IMG/VR virus record: IMGVR_UViG_3300025151_008277
Location: 32,001 to 96,000 of that record
Direction: 5' to 3' (one strand)
Length of the DNA stretch: 64,000 nucleotides
Source of the DNA: a virus
Shown one piece after another: positions 8,943 to 18,644 of the stretch (the first letter of the stretch is position 1; each line of letters begins with the position of its first letter). Below the pieces are notes generated by a model. The model was not told where the DNA came from. It worked only from the letters and a program-made list of their open reading frames with translations, and ran no database searches. The position numbers and the translations under genes are program-made.

Positions 8943-9966
8943 TGTTCCACCAATCTTGGTTTTTTACATACCACATTATAGTATCATCCAAATCTCTTTC
9001 AAATGTTTTTTGCAGATGTGGTAGTTCGTATTGGTGGGGTCTAGATCGATCAGCTAGATGTCTTAGTTTTTTACCATCTAAGCGATATCTCAAATCATGG
9101 CCTTTTCGATCCGTAACATATTCAATATACTCATCATAGCTATCCGGGTTATATAAGCTTCCGATGATTTTATGAACTAAATTAATATTATTAATTTCGT
9201 TGGGAAGGATTTTATGCTGTAAGTCTCTATAGGATGGAGCTATGTTATATATTTCTCCTGCTTTTCCATAAAGCATAGCATCATAAACTTGTTTACAGTG
9301 ATCCTTTACATATATCCATTGACGCATATTAGTACCAGAACCGTAAACAGGAATTTTTTCATTTTTAAGTAACTTATTTACTGCTACAGGTATTAGTTTT
9401 TCTGGATATTGTCTAGGTCCGAAGTTATTACAGCATCTAGTTACTATAACATCTGTTTTATGCGTCTTATGAAAAGAAAGAGCAATTAGATCGGCTGATG
9501 CTTTAGTAGAAGAATAAACTGAAGAAGGTTCTAAATTATCTTTTTCTTTACTTGGTTGAGCATTAAAGCTTAAACTACCGTAAACTTCATCAGTACCAAT
9601 TTGTATAAATCGAGTTCCTTCATTTACCTGTTTTAAGAGACTGTACATCCCGTTGACGTTAGTCTTAAGAAATTCATCTCCTGAAGAAATACTCCTGTCA
9701 ACATGAGATTGAGCTGCGAAATTTACAACGTAGTCATATTTTTTTTCAAATATAAAATCATTAATATCTGCTTCAAATACTTCTAAGCTATTGGAAGTAT
9801 CTCTCTCTTTATCTAATAAAAAATCTTCAGTCTTATCTGATACACAATAGTCTAAAATATCTACAACATGAATATCACACTCGTTGCATCTTTTTAATAG
9901 TAGTTCTACAAAGTGACTACCAATAAAACCTAAACCACCAGTAACCAATATACTTTTATTTTTCAT
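8935..9966 (-). CDS. rmlB: dTDP/NDP-glucose 4,6-dehydratase
   Basis: VTGGLGFIGS, FAAQSHVDRSI, TDEVYG, YSSTK, CNNFGPRQYPEKLIP, DRKGHDLRY. Confidence 0.95.
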   Translation of the reverse strand: MKNKSILVTGGLGFIGSHFVELLLKRCNECDIHVVDILDYCVSDKTEDFLLDKERDTSNSLEVFEADINDFIFEKKYDYVVNFAAQSHVDRSISSGDEFLKTNVNGMYSLLKQVNEGTRFIQIGTDEVYGSLSFNAQPSKEKDNLEPSSVYSSTKASADLIALSFHKTHKTDVIVTRCCNNFGPRQYPEKLIPVAVNKLLKNEKIPVYGSGTNMRQWIYVKDHCKQVYDAMLYGKAGEIYNIAPSYRDLQHKILPNEINNINLVHKIIGSLYNPDSYDEYIEYVTDRKGHDLRYRLDGKKLRHLADRSRPHQYELPHLQKTFERDLDDTIMWYVKNQDWWNNG

Positions 9967-10837
9967 TATCAAGAGCTTTTATAATAGATTCTTTCTCAGT
10001 TGGTAAGCTAATACCTGTTATTTCTGTTGTATATTCGTTATCTAATACACAATTTGATCTACCACATTTAGTTGATTCATATAACTTCTCTAAATCAATC
10101 CATTGCCAATTAGGATTCCAAAATTCATAACCATCAAGAATTTCTACAACTTCTTTAGTTGTTAATGGCTCCGGATTTACAACATTATAATTACCGCTAG
10201 GTAAAATATTTGTTTTGTTACGTACGATAAAATTATAAGTAAAGGATAATAAGTCGTTAATTACTGTTTTGGAGTTCTTATAATCTATAAGATTATTGTA
10301 TTTGAGAATCTTTGTAAGATAGTTTTTCTTTTCGTTTAAATTACCAGTGACAGGCATTCGTATACGAAAGTTAAATACATTTTCATAGTTAGCAAAACTC
10401 ATTTCGCAAGCGTGCTTTGATTTACTATACCAACTACTTTCAGGGGTCCATAAACCGAAGTTTGGTTTACATTTCTCGGTAAATGCTTTTTGATAACCTG
10501 TATAAATACAACCTGAGCTAATATTAATAAGATTAGATCCGTATCTATTACAAATATTTGCTAACATGGATGGAAAGGTTACATTTAGATACCATGTATC
10601 TTGTTTATTGTCCTCGCACCCGTCAACATTAGGACTACCGGTATATCCTACACAATTAATTACCCAATCAATTTTACTATTAACTATCTTATTCTCTATA
10701 GAATTTTGGATTTGCTTTGGATCAAAGTAGTTAAGACTGAATACATGATGAACATTAACGTCTTGTACTTCAGATAAATATTTTTTTAATTTACTTCCTA
10801 CAAATCCATTACCAATAATAAGTACATTACTCTTCAT
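9956..10837 (-). CDS. NDP-4-keto-6-deoxyglucose reductase (RmlD-like, resembling bifunctional 3,5-epimerase/4-reductase NRS/ER)
   Basis: GNGFVG, G-x-PNVDGCE, SSGCIY, PNF, YSKSK, RIRMP, RSNCVLD; adjacent to rmlB. Confidence 0.8.
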   Translation of the reverse strand: MKSNVLIIGNGFVGSKLKKYLSEVQDVNVHHVFSLNYFDPKQIQNSIENKIVNSKIDWVINCVGYTGSPNVDGCEDNKQDTWYLNVTFPSMLANICNRYGSNLINISSGCIYTGYQKAFTEKCKPNFGLWTPESSWYSKSKHACEMSFANYENVFNFRIRMPVTGNLNEKKNYLTKILKYNNLIDYKNSKTVINDLLSFTYNFIVRNKTNILPSGNYNVVNPEPLTTKEVVEILDGYEFWNPNWQWIDLEKLYESTKCGRSNCVLDNEYTTEITGISLPTEKESIIKALDNEK

Positions 10838-11093
10838 TATTTTCGCTATCTTCTAATTTACTTAAATTTAATTTCATGTTTGTAAACCTATTAATTAGAC
10901 ATTCTAAAGAATCAAAATCTTGTTCTGTTTTTCCGTTAACCATAAGAACACTTCCTTCATCATTATCATACCCTACCAAAAAATAAGCTTTGAGGTATTC
11001 TCCTAGATAGTTTTGCAACATGTTTAAGTTGACATCATTGCTTTTATTCTCCATTGCATTTAGGAGATCGTTTAGTTCACTTTTTTTGACCAT
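10827..11093 (-). CDS. Hypothetical protein
   Basis: 88 aa ORF in operon. Confidence 0.6.
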   Translation of the reverse strand: MVKKSELNDLLNAMENKSNDVNLNMLQNYLGEYLKAYFLVGYDNDEGSVLMVNGKTEQDFDSLECLINRFTNMKLNLSKLEDSENNEE

Positions 11094-11394
11094 GCTCAGT
11101 AGGTAATATTTTTCTTTCTATTAGATGGGTAATTATAACTTCCATGCTATCGGTTTTCAATTGAAAGTTTTTAGGAAAAAGGTTACCACCGTCATTAAAT
11201 TCAAACATTAAATCATTATTAAAATCTTTATTGAAAAAGCATGTTATTAATACCGATTGTACACCTGGATTGACGATAATAGTCCACCTTCTAGGGTCGG
11301 TCTGCCCGTAATCATTGAATAATCTAAAAGAATAAAAACCGTTATCTCTTATCCTTTTCAAAAAATAACCGCATGTAGTTACTTTGTTTTTCAT
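11077..11394 (-). CDS. Hypothetical protein
   Basis: 105 aa ORF in operon. Confidence 0.65.
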   Translation of the reverse strand: MKNKVTTCGYFLKRIRDNGFYSFRLFNDYGQTDPRRWTIIVNPGVQSVLITCFFNKDFNNDLMFEFNDGGNLFPKNFQLKTDSMEVIITHLIERKILPTEHGQKK

Positions 11395-12167
11395 TAACCC
11401 TTGTGACTTGAAACAACGTAGTTAAGAGTAGCGCTTTCTACTTCACACTTAATATTAACTACTTTAAATTTACTATTAATATATACTTGCGCGGTTTCGA
11501 AATTCAAGGAATTAATCATTCTAAATAATTCAAGATTAAGAATAATAGTATCTTGTTCTACGGGATCTCCTTCAAAACTTTCACTAATAACAGAAGTAAA
11601 TACATCTGTATTTTGAAGCTTTTTATCACATAGATCCCCGTAAACAAAATTATGAGGTACGTTACTCTCTAAGTTACGAGGCTTAGGCGCAGTATAAAGA
11701 TATAGCTTACTAGACTCTGTAAGTAAAGGTAAAGTCTTTAAAACTCTGCGAAGATCATCTTTAGTAATCTCGAATTTAGTATTGTACGAATCTTCAAGTT
11801 GCTTTAGATGATCAAATATATGAGAATTATCTTTCTTAATTGAACGATCAAAAAGAAAATATTTAAACTTGAAACTTTTATTACGATACTTAATATAATT
11901 ATCTTCTATAAGAAGACCGATCTGATCACCATCAGAGCATTGTAGAGCTTTAATTAATTTATTTGCGTCAGGTAGAACAAAATTATCAATATCTCTATCT
12001 TCAATTTTGCAATCATATCTTGCAAATAAAAATACATCTGAGCCTCTGTCTACAAAACATGAAAGCTGGTTATCTTCAACTTTAATATCTGGAGTATTAT
12101 CAATTTTTGATAAAGGAGATAAAAACGTACGAATAAAGTTACTCTTGTTCGGTATTTGTATTTTCAT
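11394..12167 (-). CDS. gp45: Sliding clamp (gp45-like)
   Basis: 257 aa two-repeat alpha/beta pattern ending LNYVVS; lies in the replication block. Confidence 0.7.
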   Translation of the reverse strand: MKIQIPNKSNFIRTFLSPLSKIDNTPDIKVEDNQLSCFVDRGSDVFLFARYDCKIEDRDIDNFVLPDANKLIKALQCSDGDQIGLLIEDNYIKYRNKSFKFKYFLFDRSIKKDNSHIFDHLKQLEDSYNTKFEITKDDLRRVLKTLPLLTESSKLYLYTAPKPRNLESNVPHNFVYGDLCDKKLQNTDVFTSVISESFEGDPVEQDTIILNLELFRMINSLNFETAQVYINSKFKVVNIKCEVESATLNYVVSSHKG

Positions 12168-12531
12168 TCAACTTTATTCTTATGTTAATCTCTTTTGCGT
12201 TTTTTACAACTCTTCTCTCAATTAGATTAAAAAATCTATCAATCTTTTTTTCAACACTAGTTAGTCGCTCAATAAAATCTTTAGCTGTATTCTCATCAAT
12301 ATTATTTTGAGGTACATTAGGTGGAGGTATATTAGGTACTTGCGGTTGAGCAACAGCCTGAGGGTTCAATGGTTGTTGCGGTACAGGGACTTTTGACGCG
12401 GGGTTGCCTGAATAAATTTGTTTATTCAAAGGAACTTTTTTCATACCTGCGGTCTCATTTATTATATTTTTATTAAGTAAATGAGTCTGCTTATTAATAT
12501 CATGTATAAATTGAGCTGCTGGGTCTTGCAT
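12139..12531 (-). CDS. Hypothetical Pro/Gln-rich protein
   Basis: Likely start MQDPAAQ, after the gp32 hairpin. Confidence 0.6.
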   Translation of the reverse strand: MQDPAAQFIHDINKQTHLLNKNIINETAGMKKVPLNKQIYSGNPASKVPVPQQPLNPQAVAQPQVPNIPPPNVPQNNIDENTAKDFIERLTSVEKKIDRFFNLIERRVVKNAKEINIRIKLNENTNTEQE

Positions 12532-12547
12532 TTTTTTATTAAAGTTG

Positions 12548-12571
12548 AAGGCGCGACCTAAGCCGCGCCTT
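12548..12571 (-). terminator. GC-rich hairpin downstream of gp32 (terminator/processing)
   Basis: AAGGCGCG...CGCGCCTT 8-bp stem; imperfect U-tract. Confidence 0.65.
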
Positions 12572-12586
12572 ATTTGATTGTATGTG

Positions 12587-13477
12587 TTAGAGATCCATTG
12601 AGGCAAGAATCTCTTTGACTTTAGTTTCGTCATCTTCGCTCTCCGCTTTAGTAGTGCTAGATGATGGACCGTAGTCAATATCATCATCATCTTCTACTTT
12701 AGAAGCAGTAGGTGCGCTTGCAGTAGCGACTGACTCTGGTACAGCAGGTACAGCTGGTTCATCAGGATCAGAGCAGTAAAAATGCTCATTAAGCATTTCC
12801 TTAAGCTCATCGTAGCTCTTTACAGAGAATACAGATTCAAGATCATAATTCGATTTATATACCTCGTTAATAGCTTCGTCGTTAACTAATCCAGGAACAG
12901 CTTTCGGAGATTCAAACCGAGAACTAACGTAAGTCGGAAAACCTCCTTGCTCTTCGATCTTAATCTTCAAACTACATCCTTCGCTAGAAAGATCAAACAC
13001 TCGATGACCGAATTCTTCAGCATCTTCTCCTTCAATTGCACTCATAATGATCTTATGAAGTTGCTTGCCAAAGCGTAGAATTTTCACCTTACCATTATTT
13101 TCACCATTAGTAGGATCGCTTACTACATACACATTAATGAGCCAGTTTTCACGTCGAGTGAGCATCTTAGAATCTTCTTTTTCTTGTTCAGATCCATGCT
13201 TTGCAAGACGGAACTTAGCTTCATCGATTGGGTCTCTTTCACCCCAAGTACTAGGACTGATAGCACTTACATACTGACCAGTTGCGAGACTATTCCAACC
13301 ATGTGAATAGTAATGAAACAAGGTCTTATTCGGTGCTTTCACGTTAGGTAGCAAACGTACAGAGTACGTATTACCTGGCTTCAATCGAAGAATGTTACCA
13401 ATATTCGATTGCTGACTGTTGTTGCTTTTCATTGCTTCGCTAATTTTAGCGAACATCTCTTGATTATATGCTGCCAT
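12587..13477 (-). CDS. gp32: Single-stranded DNA-binding protein (gp32-like)
   Basis: VRLLP, NVYVVSDP, ENNGKV, FGK, FD...G, YVSSRF, acidic C-terminal tail. Confidence 0.92.
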   Translation of the reverse strand: MAAYNQEMFAKISEAMKSNNSQQSNIGNILRLKPGNTYSVRLLPNVKAPNKTLFHYYSHGWNSLATGQYVSAISPSTWGERDPIDEAKFRLAKHGSEQEKEDSKMLTRRENWLINVYVVSDPTNGENNGKVKILRFGKQLHKIIMSAIEGEDAEEFGHRVFDLSSEGCSLKIKIEEQGGFPTYVSSRFESPKAVPGLVNDEAINEVYKSNYDLESVFSVKSYDELKEMLNEHFYCSDPDEPAVPAVPESVATASAPTASKVEDDDDIDYGPSSSTTKAESEDDETKVKEILASMDL

Positions 13478-14120
13478 ATCTTTTTAGTATTTCGTTTAGT
13501 TTAGTTATTATTTTTTCGTTTAGTTTTTTCAGTTTAACTGATCTATAATATCTCGCTCTTAACGAGTCGACAGTATTATAGAATCCAGTCACGATAAAAT
13601 CAACATCTTCTTTCGGGAAAGTTTTGAGAATTTTATCATAATTATTTATCGCTAAAATATTATAATAATTAATATCACGCTCACTTAAAGCGATGAGAAA
13701 ATCTGGATAATATGTTTTAAGGGTGAAGTATTCTTCTACGGTTTTCAGTTTATTTTCTTTACATTTTTCAAAGATAAAAAGGAAACCATCCTTCACCATA
13801 TTAATAACAATTTCATTATCAGGTTCTTCAATAAATAGTTTTTCTATCCATAAATTATAAGCTTTGATTGCTTTAAATTTGGAAAAATAATCTAACGGAT
13901 AATATTTTTTGTCCTGCCATAGCTCATAAGGAGCTCGGAAATAATCATCCGGTTTTATATTTTTTGTGTTGAGTATTGAGTTAATCTTTTTAATTAACTC
14001 CTCCTCTACTAATGGAAGCTTTTCAAAATTCTCTCTTGGTCTCCAAGGTTTATTTTGATACGATCTAGAAGTTTTTAGATGCGCGTTGTAGATATATTTT
14101 TCAGTATATGAAAGACTCAT
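13464..14120 (-). CDS. Hypothetical protein, possible helicase loader (gp59-like)
   Basis: 218 aa helical protein immediately upstream of gp32, as gp59 is in T4; synteny and size only. Confidence 0.4.
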   Translation of the reverse strand: MSLSYTEKYIYNAHLKTSRSYQNKPWRPRENFEKLPLVEEELIKKINSILNTKNIKPDDYFRAPYELWQDKKYYPLDYFSKFKAIKAYNLWIEKLFIEEPDNEIVINMVKDGFLFIFEKCKENKLKTVEEYFTLKTYYPDFLIALSERDINYYNILAINNYDKILKTFPKEDVDFIVTGFYNTVDSLRARYYRSVKLKKLNEKIITKLNEILKRYGSI

Positions 14121-14395
14121 TTTCTATATTTGTCGTAAGTTTTGAAAAACTTTGTTATATACTTACTTTTATATAAAAACGGGTCATATTGCAAGAACAT
14201 TTTTACCAGCTCAAATTCATTTTCTATTTCTAAAATATTTAAAAATAACCATTTGTATTGTTTCTCCTTAAGAGATAACAATAAAATGTTAGCTAGATTC
14301 ATTTTTTTGTTTTCGCAAATAGAAACGTAGGTACATAAACATAAAAATTTATGATCATTATCTTTTTTTTCTAAAATTGAAAACGGGTCGTTCAT
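14117..14395 (-). CDS. Hypothetical protein
   Basis: 92 aa ORF with overlapping start/stop codons. Confidence 0.6.
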   Translation of the reverse strand: MNDPFSILEKKDNDHKFLCLCTYVSICENKKMNLANILLLSLKEKQYKWLFLNILEIENEFELVKMFLQYDPFLYKSKYITKFFKTYDKYRK

Positions 14396-15282
14396 AAAGG
14401 TTGAAATTCTTTGCTCAAAGTTTTTACAGCTTCGGTTAGTTTGCCGCCAGCAGCGTATTTATGACCACCACCATCACATATCTTTTCTGCAAATGTACCT
14501 AAATTAATATCAGAACTCTTTTGTCTTCTTAAATATACTCTTTTATTATTTGCGTTAATTAATAATACTACATCGCAATTATCTTTATTGTTCTGTAATA
14601 TATGATGAGCTACATCATTTACATACTTGTCAACAAAAGCGCTAATAAATTTATATTCTCTATTTTTCATAGGAATATTAGCGGAATACATCCTCAAATT
14701 TTTATAGTATTTCTGAAACTTACGATTGTACGAATTAATTAAATTAGCCTCTTCTTTAGTAAAACCATAAAAACCGTTATTAAACCTTTTTGCAAAATAC
14801 TCTAATCGATTCGAATTATAATACCAAAATAAAATATTAAGATTATAAGTGTCTTTATATTTTAAAGTATAGCTATCATAATCATCGATTAAAGAAAGTA
14901 ATCTTATTTTTTCGAGACTTAAACTATCTTTATTATCATTAAGATTATTGAGTATAAGTTTTGTACAAGAAGTCGTTATGACTATGTCAGCTTTTGCTTG
15001 CTTATATTCATATGTATTAGTCTCATGATGATCAAAAATATATACGTTAGGCTTATCAATTAAATCTCCAACCGCGGTAGTGTCGAGATCGAAAAAATAA
15101 ATTTTATCGTATTTTTCAAATGAATTATTTCCTAACCAACTAAGAAGCTTTTCTCTAAGATTACTCACCTTAAGCGGAATTACCTCCGTGTTATCATTAT
15201 TTGTTAACCACTTGTATGCGAGGTAACAACCAACACCATCGAGGTCGTAATCCGTAAAAACAATGCACCGATCCATGTCCAT
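14392..15282 (-). CDS. DHH/DHHA1 phosphoesterase
   Basis: DYDLDG, FFDL, FDHH, GGGHKYAAG. Confidence 0.92.
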   Translation of the reverse strand: MDMDRCIVFTDYDLDGVGCYLAYKWLTNNDNTEVIPLKVSNLREKLLSWLGNNSFEKYDKIYFFDLDTTAVGDLIDKPNVYIFDHHETNTYEYKQAKADIVITTSCTKLILNNLNDNKDSLSLEKIRLLSLIDDYDSYTLKYKDTYNLNILFWYYNSNRLEYFAKRFNNGFYGFTKEEANLINSYNRKFQKYYKNLRMYSANIPMKNREYKFISAFVDKYVNDVAHHILQNNKDNCDVVLLINANNKRVYLRRQKSSDINLGTFAEKICDGGGHKYAAGGKLTEAVKTLSKEFQPL

Positions 15283-15286
15283 TTAT

Positions 15287-16672
15287 TTATGCCCTTTCCC
15301 CGTATTCTCCAGCGGATAGCTCTATATCATCAATCTCATCATTCTCGTTCAAGGACTCATCCTCGTATACGGTCATTGTACGATAATCTACTCCAAGTCT
15401 GGTTACACCGTTGTTTCTACCAAAGCGGTTTTTCATAACGTTAAGATGAATAGCATTATCTTCTTTATCTTGATCAGTACGAAATATACCAAACACAGCA
15501 TCGGCTGTTGCTCCAGTACCATAACTCTCACTCACAGAAGACATCCCCGGGCCGTTTCTATCATAGATTTGAGTTTGACTGGTAGAACCTGCGCCACTAT
15601 AACCAGTACGATTTAATTGCGTAGCTGTTATGACAGGGCACTGAAACTCGTAAGAAAGCGCTCTCAACTGCTCACTTATATTCTTTATTTTTTCATATGA
15701 ATTATTACCATCTCCTGCAAGAAGATTAAGATAATCCACAACAATCATATCTGGATTAAATTTTTTAGTAGATACAATCTGCTTAATATAAGTTTTAAGT
15801 ACAGAAGGTGTTACGGTATTAGGTGGGTATTCTTTAACAATAAGACCAGTATCTGGTCTTAACATTCTAAAGTTATCAGCTCCTTTTTTAATCTCACTAA
15901 CTTTAGTTTTAAGCTCTCTGTTATCAATTTGGGATATAGTAGATGTAATTCGAATGTTATACATTTGCTCGGACATTTCGAGACTAAACAATATAACTTT
16001 TTTATTTTGCTTCATTGCATTGATAGCCATATTATGCAAAAATATAGACTTACCAACATTAGTTTCACCAGCAAAGATATACATTGATCTACCTTCTTGT
16101 AAGAAACCTCCTTGAAGTATCTCATCCATCCAATCTAAACCAGTTTTAATATGATTAGTTTCAGTAAGTAGATCATCAATATGCTTTTGTATATCGTCAA
16201 AATAATTATGACCTTCGCTGCTACGTAAACTATAACCAATAATTTTTTCTACTGAATTATAAAACGTAATTAGATCATCTTTATCAGAAACAGAATCCCA
16301 TTTTTCCGCAATTCGAAGTAAGGTGTTTTGAAAACTTTGTAGCTTAAGAAACTTCTCGGCGTGGTCTAAAAGAGTGTTATACTCTACTTCTTCATCAATT
16401 TCATCGGAAGATTTTTTTACTACAGAATAAGCTTCCTTGAGTTTATCACTACTAAGGAATGCAGATAATTCCGCGCTTGTAGGTCTTTTGTTAAATTTAG
16501 AAAAATACTTCTGTAGTAACTCAATAAGTTTTTTATTATGCTTATTGCTAAATAAATCGGAATTAAGATAAGGTATAACTACAGAAAGAAACTGCTCATT
16601 TTCTAAGCAGTTTTTCATAATTAACCTTTCTATGTATTCAAAATCTTCTTTAAGATTGCTATCTTTTGTCAT
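15287..16672 (-). CDS. gp41: Replicative DnaB-like helicase (gp41)
   Basis: GETNVGKS, SLEM, IVKEYP, VVDYLNL, TATQLNR, SESYG, KNRFG. Confidence 0.96.
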   Translation of the reverse strand: MTKDSNLKEDFEYIERLIMKNCLENEQFLSVVIPYLNSDLFSNKHNKKLIELLQKYFSKFNKRPTSAELSAFLSSDKLKEAYSVVKKSSDEIDEEVEYNTLLDHAEKFLKLQSFQNTLLRIAEKWDSVSDKDDLITFYNSVEKIIGYSLRSSEGHNYFDDIQKHIDDLLTETNHIKTGLDWMDEILQGGFLQEGRSMYIFAGETNVGKSIFLHNMAINAMKQNKKVILFSLEMSEQMYNIRITSTISQIDNRELKTKVSEIKKGADNFRMLRPDTGLIVKEYPPNTVTPSVLKTYIKQIVSTKKFNPDMIVVDYLNLLAGDGNNSYEKIKNISEQLRALSYEFQCPVITATQLNRTGYSGAGSTSQTQIYDRNGPGMSSVSESYGTGATADAVFGIFRTDQDKEDNAIHLNVMKNRFGRNNGVTRLGVDYRTMTVYEDESLNENDEIDDIELSAGEYGERA

Positions 16673-17366
16673 ATATTGTTTTTAAGGATTCGTAAAAGTA
16701 TTGCTCTGATTCACGAAATTCATCAGTAAACTTAGTTAGTCCTGGTGAACCATGAACAACATGAACAGGTACAGTACCTAGTATAATGCCAGCTTGAAAA
16801 CAATCAACAGAAAATTTTAGATCATAATGATGAAAGCCTTTTATGTTTTCATCAAACGTAATATTTTTTTCAATAAGTTTTTTTGGTTGTATAGCGAGAA
16901 ATAAACCGTCAAGAAGAATCACCCTTTTACCTATCTCACCGAATATAGTAGGCATATAATTATCTCCGTGCTTGTGACTCACGACTCCTGACCACGAGGT
17001 TTTATCAGACATTAGATGCCACAATAACGGTTTTTTTATCTTAAGACGAGAACCACCAGCAAGCCCACAAACATCAAACTTTTTAAAACCATCAAAAACC
17101 TTTTCTACGAAACTACTGCTATCAATATATACATCATCGTGAGCAAAAATAACACAATCCCACTTATCATCTATATTTTCATTGTATAGCTCGCATAAAC
17201 CTTTTTTATTGTTATTGTAGAATCTTACGTAGCCATCATACTTTAAATCATCTAAGCTCTTGTATAAAAGAGTATCAGTATAATCTTCTTTTTGAGTAGC
17301 GCTAACTACTAAAACCTTATCATATGAAAAATCCCGTCGAGGCTTGAAACGTATCATATTGCTCAT
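16659..17366 (-). CDS. GT-A fold glycosyltransferase (GT2-like)
   Basis: FAHDDVY DxD motif, GLAG, LDGLFLA, FDE-x-x-x-GFHHYD. Confidence 0.8.
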   Translation of the reverse strand: MSNMIRFKPRRDFSYDKVLVVSATQKEDYTDTLLYKSLDDLKYDGYVRFYNNNKKGLCELYNENIDDKWDCVIFAHDDVYIDSSSFVEKVFDGFKKFDVCGLAGGSRLKIKKPLLWHLMSDKTSWSGVVSHKHGDNYMPTIFGEIGKRVILLDGLFLAIQPKKLIEKNITFDENIKGFHHYDLKFSVDCFQAGIILGTVPVHVVHGSPGLTKFTDEFRESEQYFYESLKTIYDKR

Positions 17367-17952
17367 ATTTTTGCTTAGTGAAATTAAATCTATAAATTAT
17401 ACCCTCATCTAATAATTTCCAATCATATACAGGTTTAGAGCTAATATTTCTCCCATCAGTATAGACTGTACTACCAGATCGAAAAACAAATAACTCAGAA
17501 GTTTTTGAATCATACAACCAACAACCAAACGTACCTTCTAGTTCTTGTAAAGTTTGTTTAAGACCTATTTTATCTATCATAGGTAGTATAATACTACTAT
17601 CGACTTCGTTAACAGTACCGTCAGGTAGATACTTATCATATTTTGATTTCAGTTTATCAAAATTACTAAGCACTCCATTATGAGCTAAATATTTTTCTTT
17701 ATATTCGAAAGGGTGAGTTGTAGCTTCTGAAAAGTCTCTCTTAGATGAAGTAGGGGATTGTAGATGACCGAGATAAAATACAGTATCGTCTTCGAAGTCT
17801 ATTTTTTTATCGAAGTCAGTATCTTTAATAACCTTAATAGTGTTACTTATATTAAATTTAATAACCCCATACGCGAAGTTACCTCTCTCTTTATTGAGGT
17901 GAAATAAATGATCGAAGCCGTGTCTATCAGGAGATCCTATTATACCGCACAT
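17320..17952 (-). CDS. Class II glutamine amidotransferase (Ntn), partner of QueC
   Basis: MCGIIG N-terminal nucleophile, ERG, GH-x-QSPT, HPF, LAHNGV, VDS. Confidence 0.9.
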   Translation of the reverse strand: MCGIIGSPDRHGFDHLFHLNKERGNFAYGVIKFNISNTIKVIKDTDFDKKIDFEDDTVFYLGHLQSPTSSKRDFSEATTHPFEYKEKYLAHNGVLSNFDKLKSKYDKYLPDGTVNEVDSSIILPMIDKIGLKQTLQELEGTFGCWLYDSKTSELFVFRSGSTVYTDGRNISSKPVYDWKLLDEGIIYRFNFTKQKYEQYDTFQASTGFFI

Positions 17953-17954
17953 AA

Positions 17955-18644
17955 TTACTCATTCCATGGTATATCATTTCTTTCATATTGCAACGGATCT
18001 TTAATACCAGCATCTAAAAATCCCTTGATACGAGAACTACAAGCAGTACAGTGACCACACGCTTTATCTCTACCTTCATAACAAGTCCATGTATCAACAA
18101 AGGATACATCATGTTCTACCCCTTTGAGAATAATGTCTCTCTTAGTTAGAGTAATTAAAGGTGCTAATATATTAATCTTATTCTTCCTATTGAGAGCGAT
18201 AAGATTATTAATACTATCAAGAAATTCAGTACTACCATCCCAGTATCCTGCTTGACTATCAATTAAAGCTGCGCCGTGATAAACAGTATCTGCGCCTACG
18301 CTTTCTGCATATGCGCACGCAATAGATAATAACATTTGATTTCTAAAAGGCACATAATTAACAGTTTGCGCATCTCCAAGAACATCTTTTGTCTTAGCAA
18401 CATCAATACCGTTATTAGTTAAAGAAGAAGTTGAAGCAATATCTCTAAAAAAAGATAAATTTATCTCTTTATAAGCTTCTCCAGATTGCTTTTTTGCACA
18501 GTCAATTTCTTTTATATGTCTTTGACCGTAATTAAATGTAATAGGAAATACTTGCGTATGTTTACTTCTAGCATAACTTCTAGCATACGCAAGTATGACA
18601 CTACTGTCTATTCCCCCACTTACTGGAACTACTGCTTTACTCAT
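17955..18644 (-). CDS. queC: 7-cyano-7-deazaguanine synthase
   Basis: SGGIDS PP-loop, FNYGQRH, YVPFRN, TWTCY...CGHCTAC. Confidence 0.96.
   Translation of the reverse strand: MSKAVVPVSGGIDSSVILAYARSYARSKHTQVFPITFNYGQRHIKEIDCAKKQSGEAYKEINLSFFRDIASTSSLTNNGIDVAKTKDVLGDAQTVNYVPFRNQMLLSIACAYAESVGADTVYHGAALIDSQAGYWDGSTEFLDSINNLIALNRKNKINILAPLITLTKRDIILKGVEHDVSFVDTWTCYEGRDKACGHCTACSSRIKGFLDAGIKDPLQYERNDIPWNE

Noticed and set aside
14117-14395. gp33 late co-activator by synteny
   Set aside because: No recognisable gp33 motif; left as hypothetical.
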